From the NCBI GenBank assembly GCA_016867115.1, contig VGKG01000002.1, positions 70,449-134,448 on the forward strand: a stretch of DNA of 64,000 bases, given 5' to 3'. Both the position numbers and the translations under genes were made by a program. Of the stretch, positions 46,020 through 56,073 are shown piece by piece. The stretch comes from Candidatus Omnitrophota bacterium. GTDB lineage: Bacteria; Omnitrophota; Gorgyraeia; Gygaellales; Profunditerraquicolaceae. Every line of letters begins with the position of its first letter. Within the stretch, counting starts at the first letter, position 1. Below the pieces are notes generated by a model. It searched no databases, was not told where the DNA came from, and saw nothing but the letters and a program-made list of their open reading frames with translations.

Positions 46020-47264
46020 ATGTCATACAAGAAAATCCCAGGTACAAGAGATATCCTACCCGAGGAGTCAGGCCTCTGGCAAAATATAGAAGAACTCAGC
46101 CGTGAAGTCTTCTGCCTCTACGGTTATCAGGAGGTCCGCACCCCATTAATCGAAGACGAATCGCTCTTTAACCGCTCCCTGGGAAATACCTCGGAAATAG
46201 TCCAGAAACAGATGTTCCTCATCCCGCATCAGGACCAGACTTATTGCCTCCGGCCCGAGGGGACAGCTTCGGTCGTGCGCGCATTCATCGAAAACAACCT
46301 GGACAAAGAAACGGGCTTCTCAAAACTTTTTTATCTGGGTCCGATGTTCAGGATGGAGCGGCCGCAAAAAGGGCGGCTGCGTCAGTTTCATCATATCGGC
46401 TGCGAGGCCATCGGCTCCTTAAGCGCAGACCTGGACGTAGAGACTATCTCCCTGGCCGACTCCCTGCTCAAGTGCCTGAATATCAACGGCTATACCATCA
46501 AGATCAATAACCTCGGCTGCGCAAAAGATAAGAAGAGCCTCATCGACGCCCTGCACAAGGCTTTAAAGGGCCAGTTGCCGCATCTGTGCCCGGATTGCCA
46601 GAGGCGCTATGAGACCAACGCCTTAAGGATACTTGACTGCAAGAATGAAGAGTGCAGGAGTATTGTCAGTAAGCTCAGGATCCATGACGAGTATCTGTGC
46701 CGGGATTGCGCCCAGCATTTCATCCGGGTAAAGGAGGGGCTTGACCTTTTAAAGATCGGATACGAAATAGTGCCGCACCTTGTGCGCGGCCTGGACTATT
46801 ACACCCGTACGGTCTTTGAGGTGACCCATCCGGATCTCGGAGCTCAGGATGCCCTGGGTGCCGGCGGCAGGTATGATAACCTGGTCAAAGAGCTGGGCGG
46901 CCCTGATGTAGGCGCGATCGGATTTGCGCTGGGCGTGGAAAGGTTATTATTGGCCTGTAAAATGCCCCGGCCTCAGGCCATCCGCCGCAGCTTCGCATAC
47001 CTTATTACTCTGGGCCAGGCAGCAGAAAAAGAAGGCATGAGATTGATCGATGATCTGCGGAAATCCGGCATCGCCTGCGATACGGATTACGAGAACAGGT
47101 CTCTGAAAGGCGCCATGCGCCGCGCCGACGACCTGAAGGCGGGCTTTGTTTTGATCCTGGGAGACGACGAGCTTAAGAAAGGCATCGTCACCCTGAAAAA
47201 TATGTCTTCCGGCGAACAGAAAGAGATAAGGCCCGAAGACCTGAAAAAGGAACTAAAATGTTGA
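46020..47264 (+). CDS. hisS: Histidyl-tRNA synthetase.
   Basis: Class II motifs and a C-terminal anticodon-binding domain, 414 aa. Confidence 0.9.
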   Translation: MSYKKIPGTRDILPEESGLWQNIEELSREVFCLYGYQEVRTPLIEDESLFNRSLGNTSEIVQKQMFLIPHQDQTYCLRPEGTASVVRAFIENNLDKETGFSKLFYLGPMFRMERPQKGRLRQFHHIGCEAIGSLSADLDVETISLADSLLKCLNINGYTIKINNLGCAKDKKSLIDALHKALKGQLPHLCPDCQRRYETNALRILDCKNEECRSIVSKLRIHDEYLCRDCAQHFIRVKEGLDLLKIGYEIVPHLVRGLDYYTRTVFEVTHPDLGAQDALGAGGRYDNLVKELGGPDVGAIGFALGVERLLLACKMPRPQAIRRSFAYLITLGQAAEKEGMRLIDDLRKSGIACDTDYENRSLKGAMRRADDLKAGFVLILGDDELKKGIVTLKNMSSGEQKEIRPEDLKKELKC

Positions 47265-48649
47265 GGACGCATACTTGTGCTGAGCTGACTGCCAATGATT
47301 GTGATAAGCTGGTGACCCTTTGCGGTTGGGTGGCCAGCCGCCGCGACCACGGAAAACTTATCTTTATAGATATCCGGGACAGGGCAGGGATCACCCAGGT
47401 AGTCTTCATCCCCAAGGATTCGGGAGAGGCGCACCGCCTGGCCCAGGACCTGAGGTCTGAGTTCGTCGTAAGGGTGAGCGGGCAGGTCAACCGCAGGCCG
47501 GCTAATACCATAAACCCCAGGCTCCCTACCGGTGAGGTCGAGGTGCTGGCAAAAGAGCTTGAGATCCTTAATCCCAGCCTCACCCCGCCCTTTGAGATCG
47601 CGGACAGCCAGGAGATCACTGAGGAATCGCGGCTTAAATACCGCTATTTGGACCTGCGGCGACCGAAGGTATTTGCGAACTTCCTCTTGAGGAGCAGGGT
47701 ATACCGGGTAATCCGCAAGGCCCTTGACGAAAAAGGTTTTATCGAATGCGAAACACCGATCCTTACCAAATCCACGCCTGAAGGCGCGCGCGATTACCTG
47801 GTCCCTTCGCGCCTTAATCCGGGGGCGTTTTACGCGCTCCCCCAGTCTCCGCAGCTGTTTAAGCAGATCTTTATGGTTGGGGGCATAGAAAAATATTACC
47901 AGATCGCCAAGTGTTTCCGCGACGAGGACCTGCGCGCTGACCGGCAGCCGGAGTTTACGCAGCTTGACCTTGAGATGTCCTTTGTGGATGAGGAGGACAT
48001 CTTCGTCCTGATGGAGGAGCTGATGTCTGCGATCTTTGAGGGTGTCAAGGGCATCGGGATCAAGACCCCTTTTCCGAGGCTGGCCTACAGCGAGGCGCAG
48101 AAGAAATACAACTCCGATAAACCGGATTTAAGGAAGGAGCTTAATACTGACCTGGCCTTCGTCTGGATAGTGGACTTCCCGCTCTTTAAATACAACGAAG
48201 AAGAGAAGCGCTGGGAGAGCGAACATCACCCTTTCACCTCTGCGCGTAAAGAAGACATCGGGGCCCTGGAAAAGGACCCGGCGAAGGTGCTCTCGCGTTC
48301 TTATGACCTGGTCTTGAACGGCCAGGAGATCGGCTCGGGTTCGATCAGGATCCATGATCAGCTGTTGCAGGAAAGGATCTTTAAGATCATCGGCATAGAC
48401 AAGGATGAAGCACATAAGCGTTTCGGTTTTCTTTTGGAGGCATTTCAATTCGGCGCGCCTCCGCACGGCGGCTTTGCTTTTGGCATGGACAGGCTGCTTG
48501 CTATCCTTGCGGGAGAGGCCAGTATCCGCGAAGTCATCTCTTTCCCCAAGACGAGCGCAGGCGTCTGCCCCCTGACCAGCGCGCCTTCGGATGTAGACGA
48601 GAAACAGTTAAGGGAATTGGGATTAATGCTCAAGAAAAAAAATAATTAG
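47258..48649 (+). CDS. aspS: Aspartyl-tRNA synthetase, bacterial-type core without the GAD insertion domain.
   Basis: MLRTHTCAEL N-terminus, FRDEDLRADRQPEFTQLD motif 2, GAPPHGGFAFGMDRL motif 3. DKPDLR is followed directly by WIVDFPLF, so the ~130-aa GAD segment seen in E. coli AspRS is absent (463 aa total). Confidence 0.85.
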   Translation: MLRTHTCAELTANDCDKLVTLCGWVASRRDHGKLIFIDIRDRAGITQVVFIPKDSGEAHRLAQDLRSEFVVRVSGQVNRRPANTINPRLPTGEVEVLAKELEILNPSLTPPFEIADSQEITEESRLKYRYLDLRRPKVFANFLLRSRVYRVIRKALDEKGFIECETPILTKSTPEGARDYLVPSRLNPGAFYALPQSPQLFKQIFMVGGIEKYYQIAKCFRDEDLRADRQPEFTQLDLEMSFVDEEDIFVLMEELMSAIFEGVKGIGIKTPFPRLAYSEAQKKYNSDKPDLRKELNTDLAFVWIVDFPLFKYNEEEKRWESEHHPFTSARKEDIGALEKDPAKVLSRSYDLVLNGQEIGSGSIRIHDQLLQERIFKIIGIDKDEAHKRFGFLLEAFQFGAPPHGGFAFGMDRLLAILAGEASIREVISFPKTSAGVCPLTSAPSDVDEKQLRELGLMLKKKNN

Positions 48650-48660
48650 AGGAGGAAAAA

Positions 48661-49176
48661 ATGAAGGACAAAGGTCTGTATTTGCTTCTGGGGTTGGCAG
48701 TGGTGGTGGTTTTATCAGGCTGCACAGTAAGGACCTATTCGCTTACCCGCGACAGAGTGGACCAGGACCTGACCAGCGGAAACCGCGGTTACCTGCAGGG
48801 AACGCCGCCGGCAGAGGAAGTCGAGCGTTCCTCGACCCGCACGGTCCAGGTAGTGGAGGTGGAACTAGGCCGTCCGGTAAAGCTGAAAGAAAGGCAGAAG
48901 GGGCAGGAAACGGGGCAGATGCCGCAGGAAACAGTTGAAACCTATGAATCCGAGGCTCTCATAGAAGAAGTTGCTGAACCGCAGGCTGCTTTTGAAAGAT
49001 ATACCGTGCAAAAGGGGGATACTCTTCAGAAGATATCCCAGAAGTTCTTCGGTACGACAAAAAAATGGACCAAGATCTACGAAGCGAACAGGGACGTCCT
49101 AAAGAGCCCGGATAAAGTCTATCCCGGGATGACTCTGAATATCCCCGTTTCGGCAAAGCCGGAAGGCATAAAATAA
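48661..49176 (+). CDS. LysM-domain lipoprotein.
   Basis: Lipobox LSGC after the signal peptide and a C-terminal LysM (YTVQKGDTLQKISQKFFG...YPGMTLNIP). Confidence 0.7.
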   Translation: MKDKGLYLLLGLAVVVVLSGCTVRTYSLTRDRVDQDLTSGNRGYLQGTPPAEEVERSSTRTVQVVEVELGRPVKLKERQKGQETGQMPQETVETYESEALIEEVAEPQAAFERYTVQKGDTLQKISQKFFGTTKKWTKIYEANRDVLKSPDKVYPGMTLNIPVSAKPEGIK

Positions 49177-49179
49177 TAC

Positions 49180-50142
49180 ATGGATAAAATAATCGCGCTT
49201 GAGTCTCACCGGGAGGCGCAGGTACTGTTGGGGCCGCACGATGAGTTCAGCAAGTCCATTGAGAAGGAGTTCCGCGTTAAGATCATCGTGCGCGGGGAGC
49301 ACCTGAAGGTGAGCGGCACCGCCTCTAATATAAAGAAGGCGGGCGAGCTGATCGAGTACATATTGGAGGCTTACCGGTCAGGACAGAAAGAGTTGGGCAG
49401 GGCGGATCTTTTTTGCCTCATCGCTAATTTCAAGAAACCGGAGCCTAAGAAAGTCGGAGCCATCGAAATGCCGCACTTGGCGATCACGCGCACTTCCAGC
49501 GGCAAGGAGATCGGGCCTAAGACCAAGGGGCAGCGCGAATATGTCGAGGCGATGAAGAAACACGACATCGTCTTCGGCATCGGGCCTGCGGGCACCGGCA
49601 AGACGTACCTGGCTATGGCCAGCGCTGTCGAGGCATTAAAGAAACAGGAGGTGCGCAGGATCATCCTGACGCGCCCTGCGCTTGAGGCGGGAGAATCTTT
49701 AGGGTATCTTCCCGGAGATATATATGAGAAGATCTCTCCGTATTTACGGCCCCTGTATGATGCCCTCTACGACATGATGGAGGCGGAGCGTATTGAAAAG
49801 TACCTTGAGACCGGGATCATCGAAGTAGCTCCGCTTGCCTACATGCGAGGCAGGACCCTTAACGCCGCCTTCATCATCCTGGATGAAGCCCAGAACTGCA
49901 CCGCCGAACAGATGAAGATGTTCCTCACCCGCCTTGGTTTTGACTCCAAGGCCGTGATCACCGGGGACATGACGCAAAGCGACCTTCCCGACGGAAAACC
50001 TATCGGCCTTCTGCAGGCCCAGGATATCCTTTCGGAGATCGCGGGGATAAAGTTCATCTACCTTGCCGGTTCTGACACGGTCAGGCACTCCCTGGTCCAG
50101 AAGATCATCGAGGCTTATGATAAAGCAAGCCGGGAAAAGTAG
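49180..50142 (+). CDS. phoH: PhoH-like ATPase (YbeZ family).
   Basis: Walker A GPAGTGKTYLA. N-terminal KH-like region. Confidence 0.85.
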   Translation: MDKIIALESHREAQVLLGPHDEFSKSIEKEFRVKIIVRGEHLKVSGTASNIKKAGELIEYILEAYRSGQKELGRADLFCLIANFKKPEPKKVGAIEMPHLAITRTSSGKEIGPKTKGQREYVEAMKKHDIVFGIGPAGTGKTYLAMASAVEALKKQEVRRIILTRPALEAGESLGYLPGDIYEKISPYLRPLYDALYDMMEAERIEKYLETGIIEVAPLAYMRGRTLNAAFIILDEAQNCTAEQMKMFLTRLGFDSKAVITGDMTQSDLPDGKPIGLLQAQDILSEIAGIKFIYLAGSDTVRHSLVQKIIEAYDKASREK

Positions 50143-51508
50143 ATTATATTTCATCTTTTTTGGGGCCTTTGGCCTCGTCTACAGCCTGGCCGTAGGCTTA
50201 AGTCCGGTGGTGCCCGCGTTCCTTATCCTGCTGGCCGCATATTTTGCCTTCCGCAAGTTCAACTTAAAGAACTGCACGCTTCTGAACCTGGCCTTCCTGT
50301 ATCTGGTCGTCTTCGTGGCGAGCTGTTATCTCCTCAGCAAAAATCTTGACGAATATTACCTGCCCTTTTCGCTTGCTCCGATGCTGGCAGCCCTCCTTTT
50401 TGCAAATATGGAGATAGTCCTGCTACTGGGTGTAGCATGCGCCGTCTCGGTCGCGGTGATCTCGGTCAATCCGCTTGAGACGATAATCCTGTTTCTGGCC
50501 AGCGGCCTGCTGGCCGGTATGCTTGCCCAGGGCGCGCGCAGGCGCTGGACCGTCATCCGCGCCGGCCTAATTACCGGTGCAGCTCAGGTCATAGCCGTTG
50601 TCCTGCTTGAGCAGTTGAAGGCGGGCCTTGCCTACAAATACGCGGCGTTCTTTCTTAACGGCCTGATCTCGGCGATAATAGTCCTGGGGGTTCTGCCGCT
50701 CTTTGAGTACCTTTTCAGGAGCGTCACTAACATCAGCCTGCTTGAGCTTGCCGATTCAAACCATCCCCTCCTGCAGCGCATGGTGCTTGAAGCTCCGGGC
50801 ACATACCTGCACAGCCTCGTCGTGGGCAATATCTCCGAGGCTGCCTGTAATGCCATCGGCGCCAACTCTCTCCTGGCCAGGGTGGGAGGATATTACCACG
50901 ACATCGGAAAACTCTCAAAACCGGAATATTTCAGCGAAAACCAGGGGATCAGCGTCAGTAAACACGATACTCTTTCTGCGACCATGAGCAAGCTGGTGAT
51001 CATGAATCACGTAAAAGAAGGCCTTGAGCTGGCGAAAAGATACCGCCTCAGCCCTGCGATCGCCGACTTCATCGGCCAGCACCACGGCAACTCCCTGGTC
51101 TATTATTTTTACCGCCGGGCATTGGAGACGCTGGAGGAAGACCAGAAGATACAAGAAGAGGGTTTCCGTTATCCCGGGCCCAAGCCCGATACCAAGGAGG
51201 CCGCGGTAGTCCTGCTCGCAGATTCGGTCGAAGCAGCGACACGCGCCTTAAAGGACCCCACGCCGAGTAAGATCCAGGAGGTCGTCTATAAAGTGATCAA
51301 TAACAAGTTTATTGACCGCCAGCTTGATGAATGCGACCTTACCCTCAGGGACATGGAGAACATCTCGGCGGTCTTTTTGCGGATCTTAAGCGGCATATAC
51401 CCGGGGCGCGTGAGTTACCCCGAAGAGACAGAAAGTGAAAATAACAGTCAGAAACCTCCAAAAGAAGATTCCCGTCAATCCGAAAAGGATAAAAGAGTCA
51501 ATCCGTAA
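50117..51508 (+). CDS. 7TM receptor with an intracellular HD hydrolase domain (7TM-HD, YqfF-like).
   Basis: Multiple TM helices, then HD/HDIG motifs (YYHDIGK, HHGN). Conserved phoH-7TMHD-ybeY arrangement. The start is uncertain; the first in-frame ATG overlaps phoH. Confidence 0.7.
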   Translation: MIKQAGKSRLYFIFFGAFGLVYSLAVGLSPVVPAFLILLAAYFAFRKFNLKNCTLLNLAFLYLVVFVASCYLLSKNLDEYYLPFSLAPMLAALLFANMEIVLLLGVACAVSVAVISVNPLETIILFLASGLLAGMLAQGARRRWTVIRAGLITGAAQVIAVVLLEQLKAGLAYKYAAFFLNGLISAIIVLGVLPLFEYLFRSVTNISLLELADSNHPLLQRMVLEAPGTYLHSLVVGNISEAACNAIGANSLLARVGGYYHDIGKLSKPEYFSENQGISVSKHDTLSATMSKLVIMNHVKEGLELAKRYRLSPAIADFIGQHHGNSLVYYFYRRALETLEEDQKIQEEGFRYPGPKPDTKEAAVVLLADSVEAATRALKDPTPSKIQEVVYKVINNKFIDRQLDECDLTLRDMENISAVFLRILSGIYPGRVSYPEETESENNSQKPPKEDSRQSEKDKRVNP

Positions 51509-51848
51509 GGTCTTCGCAAAAGAAGGCGTAAGCCCGCAGGAAGTCACTGTCTGTTTTATCAACGATAAGACAATCAAAAGATTAAACCGCAGGTTCACCG
51601 GAGAAGGCCGGGCGACGGATGTCCTGGCGTTCGGATATCCGGGGAAAGGAAGGCCTGCCGCGGATATTGCTATCTCCGCCGACCGGGCAAAGGCCAATGC
51701 GCGCCTTTATAAAACTTCGGTTGCCTTTGAGCTTGACCTCTACGCCGTGCACGCCGCACTGCATCTTTGCGGTTATGACGACCGCACAAAGGCCCAGGTG
51801 CGGTTGATGCGCAGGAAGGAATCAGAATATGCCCATCCAAAGGACTGA
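51435..51848 (+). CDS. ybeY: Endoribonuclease YbeY (rRNA maturation factor).
   Basis: HAALHLCGYDD zinc-binding H3xH5xH-type motif and TDVLAFGYP. Confidence 0.85.
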   Translation: MKITVRNLQKKIPVNPKRIKESIRKVFAKEGVSPQEVTVCFINDKTIKRLNRRFTGEGRATDVLAFGYPGKGRPAADIAISADRAKANARLYKTSVAFELDLYAVHAALHLCGYDDRTKAQVRLMRRKESEYAHPKD

Positions 51849-52584
51849 CGCCATTGTTTTAAGGCGCAGGGATTTCCGTGAGACCTCCCTGATCGCGGAT
51901 TTTTACACGCGCGACTTCGGAAAAGTAAGCGGCCTCCTGAAAGGTTTCCGCGTCATGCCTCCCAAGTTTGCAAGCCCCATAGAGCCGTTTTCGCTCAACG
52001 AGATCATCTTTTACCCGAAGAGGAACTCTTCGCTGCACCTGGTTTCGCAGGCGGACCTGCGCTACTCATTTGACGGGATACGCCGGGGCGTAGGCAGGGC
52101 CACCATGGCCGCCTTCATGATGGAACTGACCCTGGCGGTCATGCAGCAGGAGGATAGAAATGAGGAGGTCTTTGACCTTGCGCTCGCATGCCTTAAAGAG
52201 ATGGAGACTGCCCTGAATCCGGAGAAGGTGATGACCATCTTTAAGATCAAGATGCTCAGCCTCTCCGGTTTTAAGCCCCATCTTGACTCCTGCGTCGTCT
52301 GCGGCAGCAAAATACTCGGGCAGTCCAGGTTCAGCCTCAGCCTCGGCGGGCTTTTGTGCGGCAAGTGCTCCTCTAAGGATGTTTCCAGCCGTTCGATATT
52401 CCGCGGCACGGTAGCGTCGATCCTGCACATCGAGAAGAACGACCTGAAGAATAACCTGAACCTGGGGATGAATCCCGAGATCAAGCGGGAGCTGGACCTG
52501 GTGCTGAACGCTTTCATGAACTTCCACCTGGAAAAAGAGTTAAAATCGCAAAGAGTGCTGAATAAACTCGCGGTGGCTGTTTAA
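51829..52584 (+). CDS. recO: DNA repair protein RecO.
   Basis: N-terminal OB fold (DAIVLRRRDFRETSLIADFYT) and a C-terminal CxxC...CxxC zinc finger. Confidence 0.85.
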   Translation: MPIQRTDAIVLRRRDFRETSLIADFYTRDFGKVSGLLKGFRVMPPKFASPIEPFSLNEIIFYPKRNSSLHLVSQADLRYSFDGIRRGVGRATMAAFMMELTLAVMQQEDRNEEVFDLALACLKEMETALNPEKVMTIFKIKMLSLSGFKPHLDSCVVCGSKILGQSRFSLSLGGLLCGKCSSKDVSSRSIFRGTVASILHIEKNDLKNNLNLGMNPEIKRELDLVLNAFMNFHLEKELKSQRVLNKLAVAV

Positions 52585-52595
52585 CGGAGGAGTAA

Positions 52596-53525
52596 ATGAA
52601 GATTGTTATTATCGGTCCCGGCGCAATGGGTTGCCTCTTAGCTGCCTACCTTTCGAAATCAAAAGAAGAGGTCTGGCTGTTGGACAAGGACGATGGGCGG
52701 GGGAAAGAATTAAATGAGCAGGGGATACTGGTCGAAGGCGTGTCCGGCAACTGGCAGGCCAAAGTAAGGGCTACTGCCCGGTCGCAGGATATCGGCGCGG
52801 CTGACCTGGCGATCATCTGCGTCAAGAGTTACAATACCAAAGAAGCGGCATTAAGCATAAAGCCGCTCCTGGCCGATCATACCTCTGTGCTTACACTGCA
52901 AAACGGCATCGGTAATATCGAGATCATCAGCGAAGCGGTGGGAGCGGAGCGGGTGATCGGCGGGGTCACCAATGAGGGCGCGACTTTGCTGGATACAGGC
53001 AGGATCCGCCACGCAGGCAGAGGCGAAACAGTGATCGGCCGCATCGACGGCAAGATCCCGGTTGAGATGCGCTCGATCCGGGAGCTCTTCAATCGAGTAG
53101 GGCTTGAGACCAGGATCTGCCGCGATATCAAAGGCCTCTTATGGTCCAAGCTCATCATCAATGCGGGGATAAACGCGCTTACGGCGGTCACGCGCCTGAA
53201 TAACGGAAGATTAGCGGAGTTCGAAGGCACGCGCAGGATCATGCGGGAGGCAGTCACAGAGGCGGCGCGCATCGCCAAACGCAAAAAGATCAAGCTTATT
53301 TATGACGACCCCCTGGCAAAAGTCGAGGCGGTCTGCGAGGCGACATCGGCAAATATCTCTTCCATGCTCCAGGATTGCCTGCGCAGGAAACGCACTGAAA
53401 TCGATTTTATCAACGGCGCGATCGTGCGCCACGCTCAGGAGCTGGGAATACCCGCTCATACCAACGCCCTTCTGGTCGACCTGGTCAAGACTATCGAATC
53501 CAGCTACGATCTGGCGGTATCTTAA
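52596..53525 (+). CDS. panE: 2-dehydropantoate 2-reductase (ketopantoate reductase, ApbA/PanE family).
   Basis: MKIVIIGPGAMGCLLAAYL Rossmann N-terminus, about 309 aa. Confidence 0.75.
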   Translation: MKIVIIGPGAMGCLLAAYLSKSKEEVWLLDKDDGRGKELNEQGILVEGVSGNWQAKVRATARSQDIGAADLAIICVKSYNTKEAALSIKPLLADHTSVLTLQNGIGNIEIISEAVGAERVIGGVTNEGATLLDTGRIRHAGRGETVIGRIDGKIPVEMRSIRELFNRVGLETRICRDIKGLLWSKLIINAGINALTAVTRLNNGRLAEFEGTRRIMREAVTEAARIAKRKKIKLIYDDPLAKVEAVCEATSANISSMLQDCLRRKRTEIDFINGAIVRHAQELGIPAHTNALLVDLVKTIESSYDLAVS

Positions 53526-53534
53526 CCTTTAAAG

Positions 53535-54356
53535 ATGAAAAAGCGCGTTTTAATAATCCTGCTTTTCTCGCTGGCCTTGATCTTGCTGTTTATCTTAAGT
53601 AAGAGCTCCTGCCGCCTCAGGGAAGGGATGCTTTTTAAACCGGCAGGGGCTTCGGGGGCCAGGGAAGAGGAGCCGCATTTAAACCAGGCTTTTGAATATC
53701 TCAGGGTGCGCAGGGATAAAGAAGCTCAGGAGGTCTTTGCCAGGCTCCTGGAGATGGATCCCTCGTGTCTGGACTGCCGGTGGGCTGAGGCAGAGATCCT
53801 GCGGCGCCGCCATGAATATCAGCGGTCAGAAGAGTTATTCCGGAAGGTCCTGGAAAAAGACCCCGGCCATATACCGAGCCTTATTGGCTTAAGCTACGTG
53901 CTTTATAAGGCGGATGATTCAAAGTCCGCGCAAAAGATACTTGATGAGGTCTTGAAGAAAAAGGGGTTAAAAAGGCAGGATGAGGCCTTTGCCTATATGG
54001 TGCGGGGAGCAGTCAACAGCGGGCTAGCGAAAAAAGGTTTTTTCAGCAGGATAAAATACGGGGTCAGGATAAAGGGCAATTTCCTGAAGGCAGCCAGCCT
54101 TGCTCCTGAGATGCCCGAGGTGCATCTTGCCCTCGGCAGTTTCTATCTCTTTGCTCCGGCCATTGTCGGAGGAGACCTGGACGCGGCGATAAAGGAGCTT
54201 GAGACCGCTCTATCGCTTGCCCCGGATTTCGCCACTGCCTGCGGCAGGTTAGCCCAGGCATATGCCGTAAAAGGCGACCTGGTAAAATACGAACTCTACC
54301 TTGAGCGGGCCAGGGAATTAGACCCCGAGAACGAGACGTTGAAAGAGATACGCTAA
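53535..54356 (+). CDS. TPR-repeat protein with an N-terminal signal/TM segment.
   Basis: N-terminal hydrophobic segment followed by several TPR-like helical repeats. Confidence 0.5.
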   Translation: MKKRVLIILLFSLALILLFILSKSSCRLREGMLFKPAGASGAREEEPHLNQAFEYLRVRRDKEAQEVFARLLEMDPSCLDCRWAEAEILRRRHEYQRSEELFRKVLEKDPGHIPSLIGLSYVLYKADDSKSAQKILDEVLKKKGLKRQDEAFAYMVRGAVNSGLAKKGFFSRIKYGVRIKGNFLKAASLAPEMPEVHLALGSFYLFAPAIVGGDLDAAIKELETALSLAPDFATACGRLAQAYAVKGDLVKYELYLERARELDPENETLKEIR

Positions 54357-54363
54357 TCTTGCC

Positions 54364-56073
54364 ATGAAAAACCAGGAGATCGCGCGCATCTTCAGGGATA
54401 TCGCCGCTATTCTGGAGGTAAAAGGCGACAATCCTTTCAGGATACGCGCCTATGAAAGGGCGGCCCAGAATATCGAAGCCCTGGCCGGGGATATCGAAGA
54501 ATATATCCGGCAAGGCAGGCTGAAAAGTATCCCCGGAATAGGGGAGGACCTCGCAAACAAGATCCGGGAGGTCGCCGTTACCGGAAGGCTTGAGTTTTAC
54601 GAAGAATTGAAAAAGAGCATCCCGCAGGGAGTGCTGGAACTTTTGAATATTCCTTCCGTCGGGCCTAAGACCGCAAGGCTCCTTTATGAAAAGCTGAAAA
54701 TAAAAAGTATCTCTAGTCTGGAGCAGGCCATCCGCAGGAATAAACTGGCAGCCCTAGCAGGGATTAAAGAAAAGACCATAGAGAATATCCGCAAGGGCAT
54801 TGAGATCCTCAAAAAGGGCAGGGAGCGCATGACCCTCGGCCAGGCAGAGCTGGCAGCTGTGGAGTTCCTGAAGCCTTTAGAAAAATTGCCCGAGGTAAAG
54901 AAGCTCTCTGTTGCCGGAAGCCTGCGCAGGCAGAAAGAGACGGTGCGCGACATCGATATCTTGGCGATTTCCAAAAAGCCGAAAAAAGTCATAGAGGCTT
55001 TCGTGAAATTTCCAGCCGTGCGCGATATTCTGGCGGAGGGCCAGACCAAGGCCTCTGTGCGCACAAGACAGGATGTCCAGATCGACTGCCGGGTGGTTGA
55101 GGATAAGTCCTTCGGCGCAGCGCTTCTTTATTTTACCGGCTCAAAAAGGTTTAATATCAAGATCCGTCAGCTGGCCATAAAAAAAAGCCTGAAAGTCAAT
55201 GAATACGGGGTATTCAAGGGCGATAGATACGTCTGCGGCAGGACAGAGGAAGAGGTCTTTAAGCTGCTCGGCATGCAGTACATCGAGCCGGAATTGAGGG
55301 AGGATTCCGGAGAGGTCGAACTGGCAAAAAAGCATGCGCTCCCTCTCCTGATCGGGCTTAAGGACATAAAGGGTGATCTGCACGTGCACTCCACCTGGTC
55401 AGACGGCTCAAACTCTATCGAAGAGGTGGCCAGAGCCTGTAGGGCCCGCGGTTATTCATACGTTGCCGTGACTGATCACTCTCAGAGCCTGCGGGTCGCC
55501 GGAGGGCTGACGGTAAAAGAGCTGGCCAGAAAGAAAAAGGAGATCGAGCTTCTGAACCGAAAACTAAAGGGTATCCGGATCCTTTTTGGCACGGAAGCGG
55601 AAATAGATTCCGGAGGAAACATAGATTATAGGGATGAGGTTTTAAAAGAGTTCGATGTTGTCGTGGCTGCGATCCATACCGGCTTTAAACAGTCACGCTC
55701 TCAATTGACCAAAAGGACGGTTGAGGCCTGTAAAAACAAATACGTGCACATCATCGCTCATCCCACAGGAAAGCTCTGGGGCACGCGGGAGGCTTACGAT
55801 ATAGACCTGGATGAGGTCTCAAGGGCTGCCCGCGATACGAATACCGCTCTTGAAATAGACGCCTTTCCCAGCAGGTTGGACTTGAACGGCCAGAATTGCC
55901 GCCGGGTTAAAGAGCTGGGGGTTAAATTAGCGGTCAGCACTGACTCCCATACCACTGATCAGCTCGCCAATATGAAGCTCGGAGTATCCATGGCGCGCAG
56001 GGGCTGGCTGACCAGGCAGGACGTGTTGAATACGCTGCCGCCGGAAGCATTCCTGAAGGCGATAAAGAAATGA
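54364..56073 (+). CDS. polX: DNA polymerase X family protein with a C-terminal PHP phosphoesterase domain.
   Basis: N-terminal HhH/Pol-beta-like domains and a nucleotidyltransferase motif (GSLRRQKETVRDIDIL). The PHP domain begins at HVHSTWSDG. Confidence 0.85.
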   Translation: MKNQEIARIFRDIAAILEVKGDNPFRIRAYERAAQNIEALAGDIEEYIRQGRLKSIPGIGEDLANKIREVAVTGRLEFYEELKKSIPQGVLELLNIPSVGPKTARLLYEKLKIKSISSLEQAIRRNKLAALAGIKEKTIENIRKGIEILKKGRERMTLGQAELAAVEFLKPLEKLPEVKKLSVAGSLRRQKETVRDIDILAISKKPKKVIEAFVKFPAVRDILAEGQTKASVRTRQDVQIDCRVVEDKSFGAALLYFTGSKRFNIKIRQLAIKKSLKVNEYGVFKGDRYVCGRTEEEVFKLLGMQYIEPELREDSGEVELAKKHALPLLIGLKDIKGDLHVHSTWSDGSNSIEEVARACRARGYSYVAVTDHSQSLRVAGGLTVKELARKKKEIELLNRKLKGIRILFGTEAEIDSGGNIDYRDEVLKEFDVVVAAIHTGFKQSRSQLTKRTVEACKNKYVHIIAHPTGKLWGTREAYDIDLDEVSRAARDTNTALEIDAFPSRLDLNGQNCRRVKELGVKLAVSTDSHTTDQLANMKLGVSMARRGWLTRQDVLNTLPPEAFLKAIKK

